From contig CAVTAC010000008.1 of NCBI GenBank assembly GCA_963732645.1, forward strand, positions 251,127 through 315,126: DNA of 64,000 nucleotides, read 5' to 3'. The translations under genes were made by a program, and so were the position numbers. The notes under the pieces were generated by a model, which saw only the letters and a list, made by a program, of their open reading frames with translations, was not told the origin of the DNA and did not search any database. Source of the stretch: an uncultured Actinomycetes bacterium. Its GTDB lineage: Bacteria; Actinomycetota; Thermoleophilia; Gaiellales; F1-60-MAGs149. Below are positions 22,169 through 32,943 of the stretch, piece by piece (the stretch's first letter is position 1; every line of letters begins with the position of its first letter).

Positions 22169-23608
22169 ATGCTCGGCCGGGTCCTGTGCCTGCTCGCGTT
22201 CATCGCGGTGGCGACGACGCTCTCGCTCCCCTCGGCCGCCGCAGCGGCCGCGAAGATCAGCGGCCGCGTGACCGGCGTCAACGGCCACGCGAAGGCCGCC
22301 GGCCTGCGCCCGACCGTGCGCCTGGTGCGGCTGTCGCCCGCCTACCAGTCCCGCACGATCATGCTGCCCGCGGCCGGGGGCAGCTTCTCCGCCCGCGTCC
22401 CGGCCGGCGTCTGGGCCGTGTCGACGACGACCTATCGCGGTGGCCGCGCAAGCGGCAAGGTCCGCCTCTACAAGGCGACGAAGCGGAAGTCCGTGGCGAT
22501 CGGGAGCGGTCGGACGGTTCGCGTCGCCGCCCGCAGGTACCCACGGCCGGCCGCCGGCGTGCCGGTCGTCAGCGTCGCACCGATCGACGTCGCCGGGCTG
22601 GGCGACGTGTCGGGCCTGTTGATCAACGACATCTTCCAAGGGGTCGACAAGGGCCCCTGCAAGATCCACGTCGTGGAGGACCGGTCAAGCCCCTTCTTCT
22701 CGGCGATCATGGCCGAGGCCCGCCTGCGGGCCAGCAGGTACATCGACCGGGCGGACTACCGGTCGATGACCGAGTCGATGGCCATTCTGCGGGCCTGGAA
22801 GCCGAAGTTCCGCGTCACCGGGTCGCTGAGCATGGACGCCGGCGAGAACATCAGCGGAAAGCTCCGCCTGGTCGACCTGAAGACGGGGAAGGTGATCGCC
22901 GAGCGTACCGTCGCCCAGGGCAGCGACTTCGTCGCCGAGTCCGAGGCGTTCGGCCGCGAGGTCGACGCCGCGCTCTGCAAGTTCCCGCCTCGGCTGCGGC
23001 TCGCGATCTCCTCCAACGACACGCTGGTCCTCGGCCCCGGCGCGACGATCGCGTCGAACTGGAACGGGACGTTCGATTTCCCGCTGCAGGCGCTGTCGAA
23101 GAGCGGTGCCACGTATCTCGTCACGACACGCACGATCGGCGCCTGGAGCGCCGCCGTCACGGCCGACACCTGCTCGGGGACGCTGAAGTGGAACGGCGTC
23201 GCCGACAGGGGCGACGGCAGCGTCACGCTCAAACGGCGTGCCGACGGGAGCCTCACGTACTTCGTCTCCTTCGCGTGGCTGCGGTCGACGCTCGTCGACG
23301 GCGTCCTGACGTGCACCGATGACCCACCGACCCTGCCGTACTCGATGGGGGCGAACGCGCCGGTCGTGATCTCCGAGCGGGCGACGCCCAAGCTGCCCGC
23401 CCAGGGCTCGGGGCCGATCGGGCCGCGGATCGTACGGCGGGCCGCCGATGCAGGCGACCTGGACGCTGTCGGCGCCGCGTCGAGGTGGTCCCGGCGCCGC
23501 AGCGTCGTCGCGCCCGCCGCCAGCGCGGCGAGCGTCGCTGCGAGGATCACCGCGACATCCGCGAGCGGCAGCCCGCCGCCGGCTGCGACTGACGGGAGCC
23601 CGTCGTAG
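22169..23608 (+). CDS. Hypothetical secreted protein (orphan). No internal frame disruption. The true 3' end is uncertain.
   Basis: Part of ORF 20984..23608 from ATG 22169, with signal-peptide-like MLGRVLCLLAFIAVATTLSLPSAAAAAAK. G/C at codon position 3 is strong throughout. The last ~40 codons are antisense to the ABC-2 permease C-terminus. Confidence 0.5.
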   Translation: MLGRVLCLLAFIAVATTLSLPSAAAAAAKISGRVTGVNGHAKAAGLRPTVRLVRLSPAYQSRTIMLPAAGGSFSARVPAGVWAVSTTTYRGGRASGKVRLYKATKRKSVAIGSGRTVRVAARRYPRPAAGVPVVSVAPIDVAGLGDVSGLLINDIFQGVDKGPCKIHVVEDRSSPFFSAIMAEARLRASRYIDRADYRSMTESMAILRAWKPKFRVTGSLSMDAGENISGKLRLVDLKTGKVIAERTVAQGSDFVAESEAFGREVDAALCKFPPRLRLAISSNDTLVLGPGATIASNWNGTFDFPLQALSKSGATYLVTTRTIGAWSAAVTADTCSGTLKWNGVADRGDGSVTLKRRADGSLTYFVSFAWLRSTLVDGVLTCTDDPPTLPYSMGANAPVVISERATPKLPAQGSGPIGPRIVRRAADAGDLDAVGAASRWSRRRSVVAPAASAASVAARITATSASGSPPPAATDGSPS

Positions 23609-24208
23609 GCGTACGTCATCGGCAGGACGGCTGAAATCCACTGCAGGAGGGCGGCCATCGAGTCGCGCGGCGCGAAGATGCCGCAGAGCAGGAGCTGAGG
23701 GAAGATGAACGCGGGCATGAACTGCACCGCCTGGAACTCCGTCGAGGCGAAGGCCGAGACGAACAGGCCGAAGCTCATGCCGAGCAGGGCATTGAGCACG
23801 GCGAGCCCGATCACGACGAGCGCGGAGCCCTGGATCTCGAGCCCGAGCAGCCCGACGCCACGGTGCAGACGACGACGGCCTGGACGATCGCGAGCGCGGC
23901 GAAGGCCAGGCCGTAGCCGAACAGGATGTCGATCTTCGCCAGCGGCATCGTCATCAGGCGCTCGAGCGTGCCGCTGGTTCGCTCGCGCAGCATCGTGATC
24001 GAGGTCACGAGGAACATCGAGATCAGCGGAAAGATGCCGACGAGAGGCAGGCCGACGCGCTGGAATGTGCCCGGCGAGCCCTCCAACACGTACTTGAACA
24101 GCGTCAGAGCACGCAGGGCACGACCACGAGGAGCGCCAGCGTGCGCGGGTCGCGGCGGAGCTGGGCGAGCACGCGGCCGGCGGTGGCGAACGTGGCCTGT
24201 GCGTTCAC
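23485..24208 (-). CDS. ABC-2-type exporter permease. At least 2 frame disruptions. The 3' end is approximate because no stop codon occurs in any minus frame near the expected end.
   Basis: VNAQATFATAGRVLAQLRRDPRTLALLVVVP (tail of ORF 24104..24739), FPLISMFLVTSITMLRERTSGTLERLMTMP (23811..24089) and FQAVQFMPAFIFPQLLLCGIF...AVLPMTYAYDG (head of 22756..23814). The GTG start is in GTGA with the ATPase stop. Confidence 0.55.
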
Positions 24209-24933
24209 GGCGAGGCCTGCCCGGCGGCGCCGACGATGTGCAGGAAGGCCCGCTCGACGTCGCGGGCGCCGGTGCTCGGCAAGCAGGCCCGCGGGCGTGT
24301 CCGCGGCGAGGATCCGGCCGTCGCGCATCAGGAGCAGCGAGTCACAGCGTTCGGCCTCGTCCATCACGTGGCTCGAGATGAGCAGCGCGGTGCCGGCCCG
24401 GGCGAGCTGAGCGAAGCGGGTCCAGAGGTCGACGCGCAGCACCGGATCGAGACCGACCGTCGGCTCGTCGAGCACGAGAAGCTCCGGCTCGCCGAGGAGC
24501 GCTGTCCCGAGCGACACGCGGGCGAGCTCACCGCCGGAGAGCGCGTCGGCCACCTGGTCGGCATGGTCATCGAGGCCGACCGCCTCGATCACCGGCTCGA
24601 CGCGATCGACGACGCCGAGGATGCGTTCGAAGTAGCGAAGATTCTCACGGACGGTGAGATCGCCGTAGACGCTCGGCGCCTGCGTCACGTAGCCGACGCG
24701 GCGGCGCAGGCAGGGCGAGCCGGCCGGTTCGCCCAGCACGTCACGGTGCCGCCGGCGACGATCTGCACGCCGACGATCGCTCGCATCAGCGTCGTCTTGC
24801 CGCAGCCGGATGGTCCCAGCAGGCCGATGACGACGCCGCGCGGGACGTCGAGGTCGAGGGAGTGCCCAGCAGGCGGTGTTCCGCCGCGGTCAACGACGAG
24901 ATCGTGCGCGGTGACGGCGGCCTGTTCGTCCAT
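24205..24933 (-). CDS. ABC transporter ATP-binding protein. Two frame disruptions.
   Basis: GLLGPSGCGKTTLMR (Walker A, ORF 24685..25119) plus LSGGELARVSLG, LLVLDEPTVGLD and SSHVMDEAE (ORF 24104..24739). Confidence 0.75.
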
Positions 24934-24934
24934 G

Positions 24935-25465
24935 CTAGCCAGACGGGGTCGTGCGGGAGGCGCGACCAGATCTCGGTGTCCTCGCGCATGTGCCTGCTTG
25001 AGGTGGAGCGACCGCAGCGTGCCTTCGTAGCGGTAGGAGACGCGCCGATGCGACGCGCTTCGACGCCTCGTTGGCGGCGGAGATCCGCAGCTCGCTGCGG
25101 AGGACGTCCAGCTCCGCAAACGCCCAGTCGGTCAGCAGCACGAGTGCCCGCCTCGCGACGCCGGCGCCGCGCGCCGGAGGCGCGAGAGTCGGGCGTAGCC
25201 GAGCTCCACGCTCCGGCCCGGCCGGTCGATGTGCACCGCGAAGGCGACGCCCAGGAACTCCCCCTGGTCGCCGACGATCGCGAACGCCTCGCGCGTGCCG
25301 TCGCAGCAGGACAGCTCCTCGTAGGTGGCGATCCACGACTCGATCCAGCCGTCCGGCATGGGATCGGGCACGCGGGTGAACCGCACGGTGTCGGGGTCGA
25401 CGGCCAGGGCGACCATGTCCGCGAGGTGCGCGGGGGTGAGGAGCTCGAGGCGGATTCTGGAACAT
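24935..25465 (-). CDS. GNAT-family N-acetyltransferase (RimJ/RimL-like). 2-3 frame disruptions.
   Basis: ATG 25465 (MFQ), then RIRLELLTPAHLADMVALAVDPD...GVAFAVHIDRPGRSVELGY (25132..25536 frame), GAGVARRALVLLTDWAFAELDVLRSELRISAANEASKRV (24935..25465 frame) and YEGTLRSLHLK (24685 frame). Confidence 0.55.
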   Translation of the reverse strand: MFQNPPRAPHPRAPRGHGRPGRRPRHRAVHPRARSHAGRLDRVVDRHLRGAVLLRRHARGVRDRRRPGGVPGRRLRGAHRPAGPERGARLRPTLAPPARGAGVARRALVLLTDWAFAELDVLRSELRISAANEASKRVASARLLPLRRHAAVAPPQAGTCARTPRSGRASRTTPSG

Positions 25466-25493
25466 GGCAGATGGTGTCGCCTGCCCGCCGCAC

Positions 25494-25523
25494 CTGACAG
25501 GAGCCCCGCCGACCGCGTAGGCT
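25494..25523 (+). promoter_or_regulatory. Candidate leaderless promoter for the 25531 gene
   Basis: CTGACA (25494-25499), an 18-nt spacer, then TAGGCT (25518-25523). ATG follows 7 nt downstream with no Shine-Dalgarno sequence. Confidence 0.3.
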
Positions 25524-25530
25524 TTGCGCC

Positions 25531-26334
25531 ATGCACTCCTCGTACGCGCTCGCTCCGCCGAATTCGCCGTCGAGCGGGACGGCGCTCGTAGCCGCTCGCC
25601 GACCTCTGGCCGGGCGGCTACCAGCCCGACGACCGCCTCGGCGTCGTGCTCGCCCAGCCGATGGACGCGTGCGGCTGCTCGAACCTGATCTGCGCCACCA
25701 ACACGCTCTTCTACGACCTCCTGCGCGAACCCACGGCACCGGCAACTTCTTCCGCTACGCCGACACCTTCCTGTTCGGGGTGGGGTGCGAGCCGGGCGAC
25801 TTCAACCAGCTCGACGTGTGGCCGCTGCACAAGTTCGTGACGATCCTGCAGCCGACCGCCGAGGCGGTGATCGAGGCGATCAACGACCGCCGCATCACGC
25901 TGCTCGCGGTGCCCGAGACCGGCGCGCGCTGCCGCGGCGAGGTCGTGCTCTCGACCTGGAACACGTTCCTCGGACCGGTGCGCTCGTGGTCACCTACTCG
26001 CCGCGCACGGGCCGGGCCCGCGACGGCGACGTGACGCTGGTCGGCAACAGGGTGGTCGAGAGCTACGTCGAGCAGGCGATCTTCTCGACGCCCGGCATCG
26101 ACGCCGGCGTCCAGGCGCGCCTGCGCCGCCTGCGCCGCAACATCGACCGCGAGCGAGAAGCAGCGGTCGAGAAGTACCGCACGCTGCCGAACGCCGGCCG
26201 CCGCGCGGGCGCTGCTGGGCGTGACGCAGGTGCTGCCGCCCGGCCACCAGGAGCTGACGCGGCGCGCGACGCCGACGATGATCATGCCGGTCGAGGTGCC
26301 GATGCCGCCGCTCGAGGCGACCGCGCCCCTTTGA
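25531..26334 (+). CDS. Hypothetical protein of unknown family. About 4 frame disruptions. It may be the N-terminal part of the downstream GcvT-like protein.
   Basis: Stitched sequence: LADLWPGGYQPDDRLGVVLAQPMDACGCSNLICATNTLFYDLLREPT (25646 frame), GNFFRYADTFLFGVGCEPGDFNQLDVWPLHKFVTILQP...LLAVPE (25531 frame) and VVTYSPRTGRARDGDVTLVGNRVVESYVEQAIFSTPG (25785 frame). TGA is at 26332-26334. Confidence 0.4.
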
Positions 26335-27508
26335 CGTCGCCGGCCGCGGCCTGCCGGAGCCGCCGGCACCGTCGGTCGGCTACCGACGGCTGCTGCACAC
26401 CGCGTTCGACGCGGTCCAGCGGCGCATGGGCGGCAACGTTCGCCGAGTGGGAGGGCTGGGACTGGATCTCCGACTTCGGCGATCCGATCGCCGAGCACCA
26501 CGCCGTGCGCGAGGCGGTCGGGATCTGGGACGAGTCGCCGCTGCGCAAGTGGTTCTTCAAGGGGCCCGATGCGCTCGCCGCGGCCGACTACTGCTTCACG
26601 TGCGACATGGCGGCGCTCGAGGTCGGCCAGTGCCGGTACGGGCCGTTCTGCGACGAGCGCGGGCAAGATGCTCGGCGACGGCGTCGTCTACGCGGCGAGA
26701 CCGAGACGGCATGCTGGTCGTGACCGCGCTCGACCGATGCCGACCACTTCCGCCGCGTCTGCGCCGGCAATCGACGTCGAGATCGAGGAGCACACGTTCG
26801 CGCTGCCGCACCTGCAGGTGCAGGGGCCGCGGTCGCGCGAGCTGCTCGCCTCGCTGACGGATGCCGACGTGGCCGGCCTGCGCTACTTCCGCTTCATCCC
26901 CGAGCCGATCACGGTCGGCGGGGTGCCGGCTGCTGGGTGTCCCGCACCGGCTACTCGGGCGAGATCGGCTACGAGATGTTCTGCCGGCCGGAGGGCGCCG
27001 AGCGGCTGTGGCAGGCGCTGCTCGACCAGGGCGCGCGCTGGGCATCCGGCCGTACGGGCTGGCGGCGGTCGAGTCGCTGCGGATCGAGGCGGGGCTGATC
27101 TTCCTCGGCTTCGACTACTTCCCGGGCGTGACGTCGCCGTTCCACATGAACCTCGACCGCATGATCAAGCTCGACAAGGGCGAGTTCGTCGGCAAGGACG
27201 GCGCTGCGGGCCGAGCTCGAGGCCGGCGATCACCCACCGCATGGTGACGCTCGTGATCGCCGGCGAGGAGGCGCCCGACTACAACACGCCGGTGTGCCGG
27301 ACGGCCGCGGGGTCGGGCAAGCTGACGTCGCCGTCGGCCGGGCCGCTCGCCGACCGTCGACCGGCTGATCGGCATGGCCTGCATCGAGGCCGAGCTGGCC
27401 GAGCCCGGCACGCAGGTCGAGGTCACGCTGGCGGACGGGCGGCTGGTGCCGGCGATCGTCGACCGGTATCCGATCTACGACCCGGAGAAGACGCGGCCGC
27501 GGTCGTGA
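26335..27508 (+). CDS. Aminomethyltransferase-family (GcvT-like, folate-binding) protein. About 7 frame disruptions. No canonical start codon is visible.
   Basis: YRRLLHTAFDAVQRRMGATFAEWEGWDW, AVREAVGIWDESPLRKWFFKGPDA, HLQVQGPRSRELL, SRTGYSGEIGYEMF, GLAAVESLRIEAGL and ...[14 protein letters not shown], spread over three frames. Confidence 0.65.
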
Positions 27509-28111
27509 CTCGCGACCGCCCCGTGGGCGTGCTCGCCGAGGACGCCCACGGGCTCGGTCTGGCGCGCGTGCATGCGGCGGCTGCCCGGGAGGACGTCCTG
27601 CTGCTCTCCGACGACGCCTACGCGCCGTACGCGCGGCGGGCGGCGCGGGTCGTCGCTGACCGGGCGCCGCGGCTGACCGCCGAGCTGGCGGCGACGGCAC
27701 CAAGCTGCTCGTGCTGGCCTCGACGCAGGCCTCGGAGGAGCACTCGAGGCCGTCGCAACGGCGGCCGCCGTGCCGACGCTCGCGCTCGAGGCGACGATCG
27801 CCCAGGCCGGCGCGCGCGGGCGGGGAGGTCGCATCGCCGGCGATCTGGGCCGAGGGCACGCTGCGGGCGCAGCCGTGGGTGAGGGCGCATCGGTTCCAGC
27901 GGGGCGGCGTCGAGGTGGTGCCGCTGCCGTGGGCCGGGCTGGCGGCGGCGATCGAGGTGGGTCACGCGCCCGATCCGGCGACGGCGCCCGAGGTGCCTTC
28001 GGACCGCATCGTCGCGCTCATCTGCCCCTACGCCGCGATGGTGGCCGACCGGTTCGACGAGCCGGTCGACTGCGCGGCGCTCGACGACCGAGAGAGTGCA
28101 CCGGCAGCTGA
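27505..28111 (+). CDS. Weak glutamate-racemase-like (Asp/Glu racemase fold) protein. About 3 frame disruptions. The end is uncertain.
   Basis: [20 protein letters not shown]...[16 protein letters not shown]...[13 protein letters not shown]...[14 protein letters not shown] can be laid on the MurI pattern (DSGVGGL...GDTAR.PYG...LVIACNTAS...LGCTHYP). This is pattern recall only. The GTG start is in GTGA with the GcvT-like stop. Confidence 0.3.
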
Positions 28112-28218
28112 TGCGGATGGGCGCGCTGGCCCGGCGCTGCCTGCCGGGCGCCTGATGCTGCGCAGCTCGCATCCGGCGCGCGCGCAGGCGTCGCTGCCGA
28201 AGCGCCCGGCGCCGCGCG

Positions 28219-31013
<2,795 letters not shown>

Positions 31014-31128
31014 GGGCGGTAGTGGAGCACGATCGGCTCGCAGCACGGCGTCGATCTCGGCAGGGGACACGGGCTCGAGAACCCGAATTGACGGGTGGTC
31101 ACGCACACGAAAGGAAAGGGAGCGCCCC

Positions 31129-31807
31129 ATGGAATCCCCGCCGCTCACCAAGCGCCTCGTCGCCGAGGTCATCGGGACATTCGGGTTCTTCTTCGCCGGC
31201 TTCTGCGGGCATCGCGACCCTGGCCACCCAGGGCGCACCCGCCATCCAGTCGCTCGGCATCGCGTTCGGATTCGGCCTCGGGCTGGCGATGATGATCTTC
31301 GCCTTCGGTCACGTGTCCGGCGGCCACGACAACCCGGCGGTCTCCGTCGGCCTCGCGGTGCGCGGCAAGCATCCGACGTCCGAGCTGCCCCCGTACTTCG
31401 TCGCCCAGCTCGTCGGCGGCCTCGCTGCGTCCCTGCTCGCATCGTCATGTTCGACGGCATCGGCACGATCAGCAAGCCGACCTGTTCACCAACCCGGGCG
31501 ATGGAGTGTCAGACTTCAAGGCGCTGGTGTTCGACTGATCGCGCCGCCTTTCCTGATCGTCATCTCGGCCGTCGCGACCGACGAACGCGCCGTGGAAGGC
31601 ATGTGGCGCCGATCGCCATCGGCCTCTTCATCTTCACCGCGGCGACCGTGTTCGGCCCGATGTCCGGCGGCTCGTTCAACCCCGCCGTTCCCTCGCCCCG
31701 GCGATCTCGCGGGCAAGTTCAGGAACCTCTGGATCTACATCGTCGGCCCCCCCGTCGGTGGAGCCCTCGGCGGCGCCGCCTTCAAGTGGTTCCGCCAGTC
31801 GGCCTGA
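31129..31807 (+). CDS. MIP-family channel (aquaporin/glycerol facilitator-like). About 5 frame disruptions.
   Basis: MESPPLTKRLVAEVIGTFGFFFAGF, FAFGHVSGGHDNPAVSVGLA (first NPA), GGSFNPA (second NPA, 30901 frame) and LWIYIVGPPVGGALGGAAF (29912..31807 frame). AAGGAAAGGGAG lies upstream of the ATG. Confidence 0.65.
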
Positions 31808-31823
31808 GCGCCGCTGAAGCATT

Positions 31824-31920
31824 GGGGTCTGACCCCCGAAACGCCCTAATTAGGGTCTGACCCCGGTTCGGCCGTTTCCGGGGTCTGACCCCAATTTCGT
31901 GTATTCGGGGGACAGGCCTG
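31824..31920 (+). repeat. 28-bp-phased array of the palindrome GGGGTCTGACCCC (three good units plus one degenerate unit)
   Basis: Units are at 31824-31836, 31852-31864 (AGGGTCTGACCCC) and 31880-31892. An in-phase degenerate unit is at 31908-31920 (8/13). The spacers are 15 nt. Confidence 0.75.
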
Positions 31921-31922
31921 GC

Positions 31923-31944
31923 GCACGGAAGACGCACGGAAGAC
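31923..31944 (+). repeat. Tandem duplication of the 11-mer GCACGGAAGAC
   Basis: GCACGGAAGAC occurs at 31923-31933 and 31934-31944. There is a single diverged copy (cACGGAAGgC, 9/11) in the related element at ~49691. Confidence 0.7.
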
Positions 31945-32001
31945 GCGCGGATCGCGCGATCGGTGCGGGTGCGTGCGTGTTTGGACACGGACATTGCGCG
32001 T

Positions 32002-32037
32002 TTGACGCGACCTTGATTGTCTGACTAAAGTCAGACA
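32002..32037 (+). promoter_or_regulatory. Candidate leaderless promoter with an overlapping palindromic operator for the MarR-GNAT gene
   Basis: TTGACG (32002-32007), an 18-nt spacer, then TAAAGT (32026-32031). ATG 32039 lies 7 nt downstream. The palindrome TGTCTGAC-TAAA-GTCAGACA (32018-32037) covers the -10 element and the start site. Confidence 0.45.
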
Positions 32038-32038
32038 A

Positions 32039-32929
32039 ATGGACACCGCAGCCGTCAAGGCCGTGCGCAGCTTCAACCGGATCGTCACCGAGCGGGTGGG
32101 CGCGCTCGACGAGCAGTACCTCGGCACCGGACGGCCGCTCGGGCAGGCCCGGATGCTGTGGGAGATCGGCTTCGACGGGGCCGACGTGCGCGAACTGCGC
32201 CGGCGGTTCGGCCTCGACTCCGGGCACGCCAGCCGGCTGCTGCGCGCGCTCGAGCAGCAGGGCCTCGTCGAGATGGGGGCGAGTCCGGCGGACGGCCGCG
32301 TCCGCCGCGCTCGCCTGACGGCCGCCGGCAAGCGGGAGCGCCGCAAGCTCGACCGGCTATCCGACGAGCTCGCCACCTCGATGCTCGAGCCGCTCGACGC
32401 CACGCAGCGCACGCGCCTGCAGACCGCGATGGCCGAGGTCGAGCGGCTGCTGCGCGCGTCGCTGATCGAGATCGAGGTCGCCGACCCGGCCCCGAGGACG
32501 GCGCTGGTGCCTCGACCGGTACTGGGCCGAGCTGGCCGAGCGCTTCGACGGCGGCTCGACCGAACGGAGACCCTCCAGATCTCGCGCGACGAGCTGACGC
32601 CGCCGAACGGGCTCGTGCTCGTCGCCCGGCTGCGCGGCCGCCCGGTCGGCTGCGGCTCGCTGCTGTTCGACGGCCGGAAGCCCGCGTACATCAAGCGCAT
32701 GTGGATCTCGCCCGACGTGCGCGGCGCCGGCCTCGGCCGGCGGCTGCTGCTCGAGCTGGAGCGCCACGCGGCCCGGGTCGGCCAGGTGAAGGTCGTCCAG
32801 CTCGAGACCAACCGCGCCCTCACCGAGGCGATCGCGCTCTACCGCGCGACCGGCTACCGGGAGGTGGCGCCGTTCAACGACGAGAAGTACGCCCACCACT
32901 GGTTCGAGAAGCGCCTGCCGCCAACCTGA
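32039..32929 (+). CDS. MarR-family HTH fused to a GNAT acetyltransferase domain. Open as one ORF but with locally compensating indels (~32490-32580).
   Basis: ORF 32039..32929 gives VRSFNRIVTERVGAL...GQARMLWEIG..GADVRELRRRFGLDSGHASRLLRALEQQGLV (wHTH) and AYIKRMWISPDVRGAGLGRRLLLELE...LYRATGYREV (GNAT). RWCLDRYWAELAERFDGG is readable only in a neighbouring frame. Confidence 0.75.
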   Translation: MDTAAVKAVRSFNRIVTERVGALDEQYLGTGRPLGQARMLWEIGFDGADVRELRRRFGLDSGHASRLLRALEQQGLVEMGASPADGRVRRARLTAAGKRERRKLDRLSDELATSMLEPLDATQRTRLQTAMAEVERLLRASLIEIEVADPAPRTALVPRPVLGRAGRALRRRLDRTETLQISRDELTPPNGLVLVARLRGRPVGCGSLLFDGRKPAYIKRMWISPDVRGAGLGRRLLLELERHAARVGQVKVVQLETNRALTEAIALYRATGYREVAPFNDEKYAHHWFEKRLPPT

Positions 32930-32943
32930 CCTAGCCTTCCGGC

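Noticed and set aside
22756-23480. The downstream 240 codons of ORF 22756..23814(-) as a long C-terminal extension of the ABC-2 permease.
   Set aside because: The translation is S/R/P/T-rich low-complexity sequence typical of the antisense frame of a GC-rich gene. The plus-strand ORF has a signal peptide and protein-like composition.
31824-31851. A 28-bp period hinting at a dif/Xer recombination site.
   Set aside because: There is no resemblance to XerC/XerD arm consensus sequences. The unit is a simple 6-1-6 palindrome repeated in tandem, not an 11-6-11 site.
31824-31920. The 28-bp-phased repeats as a small CRISPR array.
   Set aside because: The repeated unit is only 13 nt and the spacers are 15 nt and similar to one another. 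There are at most four units. No cas genes or leader-like region are present in the window.
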